The notes beneath the pieces are model-generated. The model saw only the letters and a program-made list of their open reading frames with translations. It ran no database searches and was not told where the DNA came from. Positions 1-12,043 of a stretch of DNA of 64,000 bases are shown piece after piece. Origin of the DNA: Chrysomallon squamiferum (taxonomy: Eukaryota; Animalia; Mollusca); the NCBI GenBank assembly GCA_012295275.1, contig CM022672.1, positions 4,898,001 to 4,962,000 on the forward strand, given 5' to 3'. The translations under genes and the position numbers were made by a program. Position 1 is the stretch's first letter, and each line of letters begins with the position of its first letter.

Positions 1-2
1 GA

Positions 3-1067
3 CAAGAAGACCAAAGCACTGGTAACTTTGACATGGCAACCAGATTACTTAAAGAGAGACTGGAAGATGACAGAAAAAAACCTGGATGTTTTCAAGCATT
101 ATTCAGAGGAAGTCACAACAGCTTAACAACCAATGTCGTTTTGTTATCCATTCTTGACTTGCTCCAACATGACAAAAGATCAAGACAAAATGATGATTGC
201 TCTGATAGAATAACAATAACACAACATTCTCTTAAAACATCAGTATCTTCTATATCTCCTCAAGAAATGGAAAATGGTATCTGGCTAATTAACAATGCCC
301 TCTTCATTGTCAATGAAAAATCTTTGACAGACAACGAAAACAAATTTTGGAAAAGATTGTTAAATACATACCTAAATCCACATGAGGAATCAACTGATAT
401 TGAAACAAAACATGTTGATAAAATTATGAAAAGTTATCGGGATAAAATGGCTTTTGCTTTCTTTTTTGTGAATGGACTATGGTTGGTGATCATGATAGCA
501 ATTCAGAGTGTGAAACAAGAACTGAACATTGTAATATACCAGAACTACGGTGCTCCAATAATAGTACATCCACTTGGCCTAATTTTTCTCGGAGTTTTTG
601 CCATTCTGCTCCTGTTACAAATGGCTGCTATGGTCAAACACAGATATGGAACACTGCTGCATGTTCTATCATCAATAAACATCAGGAAAAAAAAAGATTT
701 TGATTATGTAAAATATGCAGACGCATTATTATCAGATGATACAGTAGAAACCCTGAGTACAGACAGTGGTCTTTCAGCTTGTACAACTTCAACCAACACC
801 CTCAAAAACCTTCCCAATGAAACATCCCAGGTCATTTACAGTAGTCCTGAGGACAATGAAAACAATATTATTCATCAGTACAACAGACGTTATCAGCAAA
901 GGAGACCACATCAAAGAGTAAGAAACTATGACAGAGAAATGCAGTATGCAGATTCAAGTCGTGAGGTATATGATCTAAGACAACGTCTACAAAATAGACA
1001 CAAAACTGTTAGAAACTGGAGCAATCAACGTTCTCGAGCACCACTTTCCAACACTTTCTATAATTAA
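3..1067 (+). CDS. CHS: Chitin synthase, C-terminal (last) exon; gene starts upstream of the window
   Basis: Frame open from base 3 to TAA 1065-1067. Contains the C-terminal signatures of metazoan chitin synthases: FWKRLLNTYLNP, RDKMAFAFFFVNGLW (TM), HPLGLIFLGVFAILLLLQMAAMVKHRYGTLLHVLS. AATAAA at 1436-1441. Confidence 0.9.
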   Translation, partial: QEDQSTGNFDMATRLLKERLEDDRKKPGCFQALFRGSHNSLTTNVVLLSILDLLQHDKRSRQNDDCSDRITITQHSLKTSVSSISPQEMENGIWLINNALFIVNEKSLTDNENKFWKRLLNTYLNPHEESTDIETKHVDKIMKSYRDKMAFAFFFVNGLWLVIMIAIQSVKQELNIVIYQNYGAPIIVHPLGLIFLGVFAILLLLQMAAMVKHRYGTLLHVLSSINIRKKKDFDYVKYADALLSDDTVETLSTDSGLSACTTSTNTLKNLPNETSQVIYSSPEDNENNIIHQYNRRYQQRRPHQRVRNYDREMQYADSSREVYDLRQRLQNRHKTVRNWSNQRSRAPLSNTFYN

Positions 1068-2111
1068 TTTTTTGAAAAATGTAATGCTTGTCAAAATCAA
1101 GCTTATTTAGTGGAAAGAATGCCTTCATGAAGTATATGATGTACAAAAAGATGACTGCAGTAGGAGTATTGAGGCATTCTAAAAACATTACAGATCAAAT
1201 ACATTGTCTAATGAAAACACCAGTAACCTATCATTTGCAACAAATAACACAACTAACACAGCTGAATAGATGTTTATGAAGTATTTCAAAAAGGTAATCA
1301 AAGCATATTTAACAAATTATTAATTATTTTTATTAATTTATTAATATATTTATTAATTAACAAAAGAATTGTATTCATGTAAATTTGTTTACTGTACTAA
1401 TAATTTAACTGAAATTATTTTTTGTGTTATTTCTAAATAAAGAATTCCTATCCATCAGCAAGTGTTCCTCATTTTTATACATTATTATTATTAGTCATTG
1501 TTTACCCGTTTGTCTATTTATTATCTCTTATTATACATACTGACCAATTAAATGTTTTATGGCTCTGGTTAACAAAGCAAAAACTTTTCTTTTTTTTAAA
1601 TTGGTAAATGAAGCAGCAACTTTACATCATATATATATATATATATATATAACACTACTTACCCTAACACATAAAAATAGTGAGGCCACAGTTGGGAAGA
1701 ACCATTTGTGTAGTGTCTGCCTGTCTCTCTCCTCTCTCTCACTCTTATGTGTGTATATGTGTATATATGTATATATGTAGATAGACAGACAGATACACAA
1801 AATTGAATTTTAATATTAATTCATGAAAGGAATCTGGCACAAAGTTCTAAAACCACTGAATTCATCTTTCAAAAGTATTTTAATGACATCAGGGAAACAA
1901 CTCTAAAATGTCGAAGTGTGCTTAATGTTTATGTTTGTAAATGGATTAATATAAACATGCAAAATCTGGTTCAAACAAGAAATAATTTTATCAGTTTTGT
2001 TTAATATCTTACAAATAAAAGGCATTATTTTGTTAGTTGATATGAACAAACAAGATGAGTTAGTTTAGATATTTTTCACAATTTTTATTTGTTAGAGATT
2101 TACTGAAAAAA

Positions 2112-2239
2112 AGATTACTAAAAGTTCAAAATAAATCATAATTTCTACAAATTAACAGATTACTAAAAGTTCAAAATAAATCATAATTTCTACAAATTAA
2201 CAGATTACTAAAAGTTCAAAATAAACAATAATTTCTACA
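2112..2239. repeat. 45-bp tandem repeat, ~3 copies, downstream of the BRF2 stop
   Basis: AGATTACTAAAAGTTCAAAATAAATCATAATTTCTACAAATTAAC starts at 2112, 2157 and 2202. Confidence 0.9.
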
Positions 2240-2549
2240 GTTTGTTATTAATTTTATAACTACATCTCTCCTACCACATTTAAGTATTTATCACCCAGAC
2301 ACGTCATAGAAAAAGGAACTTGAACTGCATCAAATTTTTATACCAATCATGTTAACAATTTCAACAAATTAAAAATGAAAAATTTAAAATTAGATAGAGA
2401 TTTAAAGTCCTATATTAATGCATTATTAAGCTCCCTATGGTATATTCTTTCTGTTTAATGTCCCTCATTAAAGCCTGTGATAATTTATAAATGGCACCGA
2501 GGAGTAAGAAAGGTGTTAACAATCCTAAATTTAATTTGCAACTGATACT

Positions 2550-3674
2550 CTACTTGATAAATTGATCAATTTCACCTGCAAACTCAGATTCAGTTATTTC
2601 TGGTTTATCTAGAGATCCATGTAATTTTTTAAAGTTGTCAACTTGCTTTTCACCTTCCAGAGTTTCTTTTAAAACCTGATCATCATTTCGGAACTTTTTG
2701 CGTGGTCTAAGTGAAAATACTCCTGTAACATTTTGTTCATCACTTTCATCACCTTTAAACTGACCGAACGCCTGTTTCATTAAGCTTTGTTTGTATTCTA
2801 GTATCTCTTCAAGGTACCATGGAAGAATTTTCAAACTCAGCTCCTCCCCCAGCCATGGCAGACTTTTGCCCATTGCCAGAATCAGACGTCTAATTTGAAT
2901 AAACACTCTCTGTTGAAATATCTTCTGTTTAGAAAAATTAAACTTTTTGCAGTACGTCGCCGAGTCAGTTTTTGTTTCTCTTTTTATGTTGTGTGCTTGC
3001 CATGCAAAATATGAACACATAATCACCATGTTTTCCTTGTTGGATGATGAAAATGTTACCCACATTTTGTCACACAGTAACAACAAGCTCTGTGTTTGTT
3101 TCAGTAGAGTCTGGGGCAAATTATGGGAGGCAAAAACCTGAGCACAGATTTGGCCTATGGTGGGAGTTGCTACTGAAGGCACTTGTAGACATGACTTGGT
3201 TAGTTTGTAGGCTTTAGCAAACTGTACCAGAGAAATACCACTCACACGGACAATGTGACCAATGGTCACTGGGCAACTGTTCATCCTGGCCACAATATAA
3301 ACACAACACGCAGCCATGGCCAGCTTAAGCTCCATGTGTCGAAAATGAACTTTTTCATTTTCATACAGCTCTCTGAAAGTGTCACATGTTTGTTCTGTCA
3401 TAGCTTCACAGAAGTTCATACTTCTACACAAAGCTTTTATCTGCTGCAAGCACTGCATAAGACAAAAAGGATCAGATGCTTTTCGTTTCAAAGCCATGGT
3501 CAGTGCTTTTGAAGCTCCTCTGATGGGTTCAGCAACACATTCATGATACTCTGATGTTAAGGTTACACCAGGTACCACATAGCCACACTCAGCACACACC
3601 CGGCAATCTTCAAGTCCATGGCTGTCCTCCACAACTGCATTCTCACCACACATGGGGCATTCAGTCTGAGACAT
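2550..3674 (-). CDS. BRF2: Transcription factor IIIB 50 kDa subunit BRF2 (TFIIB family), single coding exon, 374 aa
   Basis: ATG at 3674 (the ORF-track start at 3680 is a GTG). Zn ribbon CPMC...CAECG, TFIIB cyclin repeats (MAACCVYIVAR), LPWL motif, and C-terminal EIDQFIK resembling human EIEQYLR. Splice acceptor at 3703-3704 implies a 5'UTR intron. Confidence 0.88.
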   Translation of the reverse strand: MSQTECPMCGENAVVEDSHGLEDCRVCAECGYVVPGVTLTSEYHECVAEPIRGASKALTMALKRKASDPFCLMQCLQQIKALCRSMNFCEAMTEQTCDTFRELYENEKVHFRHMELKLAMAACCVYIVARMNSCPVTIGHIVRVSGISLVQFAKAYKLTKSCLQVPSVATPTIGQICAQVFASHNLPQTLLKQTQSLLLLCDKMWVTFSSSNKENMVIMCSYFAWQAHNIKRETKTDSATYCKKFNFSKQKIFQQRVFIQIRRLILAMGKSLPWLGEELSLKILPWYLEEILEYKQSLMKQAFGQFKGDESDEQNVTGVFSLRPRKKFRNDDQVLKETLEGEKQVDNFKKLHGSLDKPEITESEFAGEIDQFIK

Positions 3675-3917
3675 TTTCACTTATTTTACAAACAGCTGCT
3701 TCCTAAAAAAAAAAATAATTAATTAATTAATTAATTAATTTAATAACAATAATAATAAATAAATACTTATGATGATGATGATAATAATAATAATAACAAA
3801 ATAAAAATAACAAATTGTTGATTTAACAAAAATAACAAATGATTTATTATTATAACCCTTCATTTCAACAAACTTGATATTTAGTGGACTGTAAAGTTTA
3901 AAAAATTAAGTTGTAAT

Positions 3918-3964
<47 letters not shown>

Positions 3965-4289
3965 TTAACAAACGTCTGATATCCCATCAAAAAATTGTTG
4001 ATTTATGATTTATGATTATAATAAAATGACACTAATGACACACTGACAGTGAAGTGATACTGATACAAAGTGATAGTGATAGTACTGTAAAGTTTAACTA
4101 TTAAATGATAAGTCTACTGTACATAAATTCAGTTTCTGTCGACTTCTCCTTCCTCTGCAATACTTAATTCATTTTTCTAACGAAATAACTAATAATTTCT
4201 CAATGGTGCCTTTTAATATATTTGTCCTGGATGATATTTTATACCGACGAACAAAATTCTTTTCGCGATTTGTTTTCCTTGATTATATT

Positions 4290-4390
4290 TGAACGAGACT
4301 ATGGGAATAGCAAATGTTCGGCTGTTTCCGTAGTTTTCCATATCAACTTCCTGTTACCGCTCGGGTTCAATCAAAATAGGCGGTAGAATT
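4290..4390. promoter_or_regulatory. Probable promoter of BRF2, possibly bidirectional
   Basis: Locally CpG-richer. ETS core ACTTCCTGT at 4346-4354 and YY1-like CAAAATAGGCGG at 4372-4383. Lies between BRF2 (-) and plus-strand exons. Confidence 0.4.
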
Positions 4391-5272
4391 TAACAATAAT
4401 TTCACACTTTTAAATAATCATGAACTCTAAACAAACCTTCTCCGTATAGCACTGTTGGCCAGAAACCGAAAAGGTTCTTTTTTATTTATATTTTATACGA
4501 ATTTAACTATTTTCAAATTAGGTCTTAGGTGTCTGATTCATGTTTGTCACGATACGTCGATGCCATTGCATTGGCATTTTCATGTTGCCGTCTGACATAA
4601 TATAAACTATAATAAAGTTAATTATAAAATAATATAATAATTAACTATATTTAAGCCAGTTAGCATTAAATTTCTTTTAAAATTATAATTACAGTTTTTC
4701 AATCGAAAACAATTCTGAATTTGGAATACGTGGATAATAATCAAGTACATCAGACTTGAAACTGATGAATGAAATTCAAATTGAAAAGATTTAGAAAGAC
4801 GATAATAAATATCCACTGCGTTGGGATTATATACGGTGATTAGCATCATCATAAGAGGTTGAAATTTAAATAATGAGCATCTAATTAGGAAAAAAAAAAA
4901 AAATGAATATAAGTATTAAACTATTATTATTAACAGTTACAGTGTTATTTGGTTACAAGGTTATTTTAATATTTATAATACGAATTTCATTTCTTTTCTG
5001 AAAATGCGAAGTGTTTTTGTTTGTTTCCTTCTTGTTGTTATTTTTCATTACTTTGTTTATAGTTTATTAATAACTGTTGGTCTGTTAGATTGACCCTCGT
5101 TTTCAACTTGTTCTGATACTGCAATATTTGAAATTCTGAATATACAAACATGGAATTGAATTGAAACTTTGCAGGGCCTAAATTATAATGTTAATTAGAT
5201 CTTACCAAGTAATAATAACTGTAGAGAAAGATGATGAGGATAATCAATGCTTTGCTCTTTAGAAGAATATAT

Positions 5273-5319
<47 letters not shown>

Positions 5320-5595
5320 TTGGCATAATATTAATTTCCTTTCAAACAATGTCATGTTTCTCCAGAATGATTCACTGGTTGCTAAGAAATAAACCTTGAC
5401 TGTCTAATGATAGATAGCAAAAAAAAAAAAACAACTAATATGATGCTAGAAATATTTGGAGTTACAACATAATCTGATAATTTTAGTTTGTTTTAGATGA
5501 TTTGACACACAAAGATGATCAAATATACATATTGAAACTTAACATTTAACATTATTGGTTTGTAAAGATACTAATGCTATGTCATTTTGTTATAG

Positions 5596-6528
5596 TTGTG
5601 TTTTAGCTCAAGGCAGACTTGTTACTGATCCATCCCTTAAGCCTGCTTTACATCACGTTCTAAAAGAAAATGAAGGAGATGGTAAATTATTTGGTGGTGG
5701 GTTTTTTTAAGTTTACTAATGATAAATGTTTGTGTGTGTGTGTGTGTGTATGTGTGTGTGAGTATTCATACATAGAGTTTACATTTGGTTTTTTTGTTTG
5801 TTTTTATAAACATTATTTTATTATGTATTATAAGAGATGAATGCAGTAATGTCAATGTCAGACATTTTCTTTTCTTCTCCTTTTTTTATTTTTGAGGAAA
5901 AGTTGCCTTTTGGGATCACAGTTTTTGTGTGTATGTGTGAACACATTCAAACTTACACATGTTAATCAACTTAGTTAAAAACTGCTTTCAGAATTTTAAA
6001 TTTAAAAATGTTTATCAGTAAAATAAGGTTTTTGCTTTCTTTATCAGTTATATTGTTTTTATTGCTGATTTTCTTTTCTTCTTTAAAAAGTTTTTGGAAA
6101 TATATTAACAGGTGCAAATGTTTTTTCAAAGCATGATTCAGCTGCCACTCCACAAAAGTAAGATTTTTGGTTTTATGTGTATTATTATTAAAACCAAAAT
6201 TTTAAATAAACAAAATGATTATGCCCTACCAATAATAATAAGTTAATCTATAGCATCATCTGATAATACTGGTTCAAGAAGGTTTGAAAATTAATTGCTG
6301 ATAACACTAAATGTTTCTTTAACAATTAATCATTGATAATATTGATCCTGAACATTTATAAATGACTGATAATACAGCCTGTACATTAAACAAATCTTCA
6401 TTGTGCAGGCAGAGATGCAAGAGTTGGGGGACTTGGTTGAGGACAAGCGAAAACAAATTGTCCAGCTGAGAAAAGATGCAGATAGGCTGAAACACAACAT
6501 TAAACTGGACACGCAACTGCAACTTCAG
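5596..6528 (+). CDS. Three phase-compatible exons of an unidentified coiled-coil protein, join(5596..5681,6112..6157,6378..6528); no start or stop found
   Basis: AG/GT-bounded exons give CVLAQGRLVTDPSLKPALHHVLKENEGDGANVFSKHDSAATPQNLYIKQIFIVQAEMQELGDLVEDKRKQIVQLRKDADRLKHNIKLDTQLQLQ. The acceptor at 6377 is weak. Confidence 0.45.
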
Positions 6529-6534
6529 GTTTGT

Positions 6535-6750
6535 CTGTGTTAGCTGTTCAGTGGTAAAAAACTAGCTTGCTTTGTGGTCAGTAGAGGATTAATAACAACC
6601 AGTGGTCAATTAAGCTAAATTCCATCTCTGCCAACATCATAAGCTGTGTTATGTGCTATTGATATTGGTAGAAAGTAGATGAAAAATCTCTTGCTTACAA
6701 AGAAACGTAATGGGTTTTCACTGAAGAACACATGTATATAAAAGGTTTTA
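6535..6750 (+). mobile_element. Degenerate tRNA-derived SINE, MetaSINE-like
   Basis: tRNA-like head TAGCTGTTCAGTGGTAAA. Core GCTGTGTTATGTGCTATT...GAAAGTAGATGAAAAATCTCTTGCT resembles the recalled Meta domain GCCGTGGTATGTGCTATCC...GTGCATATAAAAGATCCCTTGCT. Confidence 0.45.
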
Positions 6751-6889
6751 GTGTGTATTGTTCCTGCTAGACTTAAGTATAAATTAGATTGCGCATAACC
6801 TCATCCTTCTGAAAGAAATGTTGACCACCTTCTAAATCGATAATAATAGCAATAAATTAATAATAACTCATTTTTGTATATTTCCTCAG

Positions 6890-9800
6890 ACACTTCAAAA
6901 CTAAGACTTTGCATCAGATTTGCTGGCTCTGGCCTGAAGGAGAATCGAAACAACAGCTATCCACAGAAAGCTGGCTTTGCTCAACCATCTGGTTTGGATT
7001 TTTCTCCCAAGTCTTTTCTTAACATCTTATTCATTGCTGATGCTGAGAGTTCAAGCATCCGACAAATCCTTCTGAAGGATGGAACAGTCAAAGGATTGAT
7101 TGGAGGAGAACAAGATCCAAATGTAAAATTTTATTTGTTATTTTTATTATTAAAAATGATTATTCAGGTTGAACGTCAGAAATCTGATACTCCATGGTCT
7201 GGCTCATTTTAAATCTGCTGCCATTAGTTTGTAGGTCTGTCAACCTGTATTTACACAGTAGTCAAATATATTGATACGTCCATGGTCATTTCTGATATTT
7301 AACCAGATTCTAGCCCTTTGTGATGTAGTCAAAAAGACCAGAGTGTGTGTGGAGTGAGCTGACAAACACTCTGTTTACATTGGTTTCAGTTATTGTGGGC
7401 AGGCATTGGCCAGGTTCCATAATTGCTTGATTTCAGAGGTTCAGTCTGTGTAAGTGATTCTAATGGTGGACTGATATTTTGAGTAAGATCCATGTGTAGA
7501 ATTTTTTAATAGTAAGGCTCTTTACATAAATTTGTCACACAAGCTGCTGGTTACTAAAGGTGCTTTTTAAAGCATAACATTTTCTGTTTCACTGTTACTG
7601 TTGATTCCACAGTTTGAGTCAGTGTTAATTCATACATGGTGTTAAGATTCTTACATTTTTATTCAGTGTGTCTGTGGCTGTAATTTTAAAGTTCTGAGAC
7701 AGACTGACAGTTTAATGAGTTTTATACTGAAATTAGTATTTATATTTTCTTAAATTGTAGATCATTTACAAATACTGTTTTATTTGAATTCAGTTTCGAA
7801 GTAGGTTTTTTCTATGTTAACAGTTAAACATGAATGCAGTAGTTCAATAAATGATTTACTTCTATCTGACAAGCAGCTGTAAAGAACTGTGTGCTTCTGT
7901 GTAACTTTTAGCCAGTTTCATTTAGCAAGATGTGCATTCATCCTTGGAGAAATAAGTAGAATACAGGCTCACAAACCAGTAAAATATTGTATTTTATACA
8001 AATTTATTTCTTTTTCGTCTTACCAAAAACCGTGTTATGTGCTTTTCTCTGTGCAAAAAGCTGCATACAAAAAGCTTTTACCTCCAATCAAAAAAGTATA
8101 CCTTGTTGTATGACCATCTACTATGTCTACAGATATGATTTCTAGTATAATTTTTAAAATAAGTAATGTGTGTCGTTAAATAAAATATTTATTTTCTTGT
8201 ATCTTTGTAGAATCTGCTTGCTTTTGGTGATAAAGATGGAGTTGGAGTTGAAGCCAAATTACAGCATCTTTTGGGTGTGTCTCTCCTCTCCCCAGAAGGA
8301 CCTCTCCTAGTAGCAGATTCTTACAACCACAAGGTGTATTGTGTTCTGTTTAACATGTTTATGTTCAGTGATGGTTCAGGAATGTCTGTTATAGGTACAA
8401 TAGCTGAGTGTCTGTTATTTTGATATCTTTTGGACTTTTAAAAAAAAAAAAAATCTACTAGATACAAATAAAATATATCTGCTAAGCAAACAGCAAATGA
8501 GCTTCTGAGAACCTTTGAAAAAAATAAAATGATTATATGTTTACAAGCATTTTATCATATTAATTATGTTTATTTTTCAAGCTGAAATCTGTAGATTTGA
8601 CAAGCAAACAGTGCTCTACAGTCATTGGTTGTGGGTTGCCAGGTAACCGATTGAGTGACAATCTATTGGAGGTGGAGCTAAATGAGCCAGGTGGAGTTTG
8701 TGTCAATCAAAAAAACCCAACTTGTTTATATAGCAGATACTAATAATCACTCTATCAAAGTATTTGATCTCACTGCAAGAACAATATGTGAGGTAAGAAA
8801 GTTAATCAGATGTAATTATTAGACAAGCTCATAAATGTAAATTAATTAGAAAACATTTTTGAAGTATTGTATTCTTCAGTCTTTAGAAATACACACACAC
8901 ACATAAATAATAAATTTATATTTTAAAAAAGAGTGATAATTTTCTTGCAACAATATTTTAATTATTGTTTTTAATAGTAGTTGTTTGAGATTTTTTCTTT
9001 TGTAAACAATATTGTTTTCACATTTGTGCCTTGCTATAACTCAATCCCTTTACTATGGTCTTTGTTTAATTTTTAAAAAAAGTAAAAGGTATGACATAAA
9101 ATGTGAAAATATTATTTTATCATCATCATCATCATCATAACCATTCATATAATTATACTATTTCTTTGTTTCCTACAAAGTTTCCAGTGATTTTTGCAAA
9201 TGCTACTGAAGAAAAGAAAAGTCGAGAGTTAGCTGTAAAAGCTGACAGGACACTCGACTCAGTGAGTGTGAACTCAGACTGCAAGCTTTCTGTTGAGCTG
9301 ATCATACATCTGAGTCACAGTGAACATCTGAACGAGGAGGCACCCAATTCATGGAGGATTATTTTCACAGGTTTTTTGTTTTAAATATGTCATTTTTCTG
9401 GCCAAGCTACATTTCACTTTAATCCAGTTGTTGAGAGGGACAAGTTTATTACTCGCATGTTTCCAGTTCCACCCACTGACCTCTTATTAGGCTTATCAAA
9501 GGCTGCCGTTTGTGATTTCAGTATATGGGAAAGTGCATTATTGTCAAAAAAATGTTCCTATTCATTGAACTTTTTCTTTCTTTTTTGCTTGTAGTACAGC
9601 CATGAATGAAATTAGTATTTTTGGTCTCATTATCTGTATTACTTCATAACCATATGTATGATGCAGTTATAATTATCAGTAAAAAAATTGTCAAGGACGT
9701 CATTAAAATATGTCTTCCAAGAAAATCAGGATTGTTGCTTGTTACAGAGATTTGCATTCTCAAGCTAATGATCTGGTTTCATTTCATGGTAGTTAAGAAA

Positions 9801-10162
9801 ACCTCATCAATGTTTCTATCTATCTCTTAAAAACTCTTGAATTATTTTCAAATAATACATGAATTTTTAAATATATATATATATATATATATTTTTTTTA
9901 ATTTGAAGATCATTTGGGGAAGAAGACAATAAAGAGTGGAAGTTTGACTGCCAGCCACAGACAGACCGTCACAGAGATCATGATTCCACAGACACTGGAT
10001 GAAGTGAAGATGTCAGTGACGCTGGTGTTGCAGTTGTTTGTCTGCAAAGACGATCAGACGTGTACAGTGAGGACTGCAGCCGTTGAACAACCGTTAAACA
10101 TTGTGCAGAGCGAATCAGGCAAATCTGGTCTGATGTTTGAAGTGAACACAGCTAATCTGTGA
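6890..10162 (+). pseudogene. NHLRC2: NHL-repeat-containing protein 2, C-terminal half only, join(6890..7122,8211..8333,8582..8792,9181..9370,9909..10162); +1 frameshift in the third exon
   Basis: [65 protein letters not shown] and ADTNNHSIK match NHLRC2. The third exon is 211 nt with a 7-A run (8709-8715) giving TAA at 8741-8743. No N-terminal thioredoxin-like exons visible. Family call is strong; pseudogene status is less sure. Confidence 0.75.
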
Positions 10163-10281
10163 TGTTGTGTGCCTTGGAATGTGCATTACTTTCTGAATGT
10201 GTGTGAGAAACTAGAATAAATTAGAGAGAGAGAAGAGAGAAAGAGATGTATGAGTGAGTCAAGACAGTCAGACAGACAGAC

Positions 10282-10312
<31 letters not shown>

Positions 10313-11846
10313 GTTTGCCTGATTTTGATTGATTGAGAGATTGATTTTTCATTGCAAGTATGCTGATTTTTTAATATGACTGAAATCTCTCCCAGTTACA
10401 ATAAAGTCTTGGATGCCTATTAGTTCATACAGAAGAATGTTACATCACTGGTATATTATGCTTTATTATGTTGTATTGTAATAAGATATAATAATAATAT
10501 CATTAATGTTTTTGTTTTGTGTGTTATGTATAATAAGATTAAAAATAACAGTTGGATTTTTTTTCATAATAACTAATTTGATATACAGAGTCTCTATGGC
10601 ACAACAGTGCAGATGATAAACAGCACTGTCCTATATTCTTTTGCAGCCAAAACACCAATGTGTATCGAAGTCCATTAAGTGATAGTGAAAAGGTTATTTA
10701 ATTGCTTGGGTTGTTTTTTTTAAACCAAAGACTCAGTCTGATTATGACATTTCTATTTTGCTTTAGATTAAGTTTATATTTATCCGTTCAGATAAACTGA
10801 GATAACTGTAGATCAAAAGATAATCTTTTCACAAAATACTTATAAAAACTAAATTTAATATAAAAAATATTATATTAATTATATGATTGTTTCCTAGTAT
10901 ACTGTACAACGTTTGAAACGCATCGCAGAATCAGTAATGGTAAATAAGTACTGATGGCTTGAATGATTGATTTGTCTTTGACCAGACGAACGTGTACACT
11001 GTATTTGAATTAAATCTCCGTTTGATGATTACGAGAAAAAAACAACTTATCAAATTTTAATTAATATCCAGAAAATGTAGCAAACAGTTTTAAAACTGGC
11101 GTTAGTGTATAAAGGCCCTGTATAAAAACAAAATACAAAATCTTATCGACAGCCATGCTTAACTTTTCTATCGCAGTATCCATGTATGTCGCTTGGGTAT
11201 TATGTGTTAGACTCCCATATATAAATTATGAAATAGTAATATCACAGACAGGTAACACTGAAACACGAGGTGTGCCCCCTTCAGTAACAGATATACAGCA
11301 CAGCTTTAACAGGTAATAACTGTCAGTGCAATGTTTAATATCACATTGGACGACTTTGTTTATTTCAGTGACTCTCCGTCTTGACATGCTCCATTTTGTA
11401 TTTGTCATATATTAGATAAAAAGTAACAACACGAAGTAATTTAAAAGAGAAAAAATTATGTTGTGTTTCGTCAAACACTATCTGGGCACTCTACCAGTCG
11501 GCCTAGGGCTCTAACGGGTGGAGTATAGTTTGGCGATGATTTCATTGTATCTTTAATAACAGGCGTGGAAATAACGTTTAAGAAAAGAGGGCGTAGCATA
11601 GACTTTGTGATTACGAAAGAAAAAACAGTTAAGAAGATAAGTTGGTAAAATAAATAAATAAGAAGAATTAAGCAAGCAAAAGGTACCACTGTAGCTACAC
11701 TGGTCTAACTTTTCGTTTGGATAATCGCCTATGATTATTTATTGCTCATTTGAAAAATAAAAAATAAAATAAAAAATAAAAATAATAATAATAATGATGA
11801 TGATAATAATAAACTATATCATGTTTTGCATGTTAAATTATTTCAG

Positions 11847-12043
11847 CACACGGTTCTTGTCATCAGAACATAATGTGCTTGACGATGTTGAGAAAAAAGC
11901 CAGGAAGGTGCATGATGGTAATCCACAATGGCGGCCAGGTTTTGACAGACGAATGGGAACCCTACTCTCAGCCAGTCAGAGTTTCATGCGAGTGTCGCAT
12001 AGACAAAAGATCGCCATTCGCTAGATATCTGAATCCGAGCTAG
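11847..12043 (+). CDS. Terminal exon of a cystine-knot growth-factor-like protein (Trunk/PTTH/Spaetzle-like); upstream exons not found
   Basis: After acceptor TTATTTCAG (phase 1): HGSCHQNIMCLTMLRKKPGRCMMVIHNGGQVLTDEWEPYSQPVRVSCECRIDKRSPFARYLNPS*. Shows the GxC...L(R/K)...C...W...VxVxCxC pattern. AATAAA at 12283-12288. Confidence 0.6.

Noticed and set aside
11794-12024. Listed 76-aa plus-strand ORF
   Set aside because: Wrong frame; the overlapping frame carries the cysteine pattern
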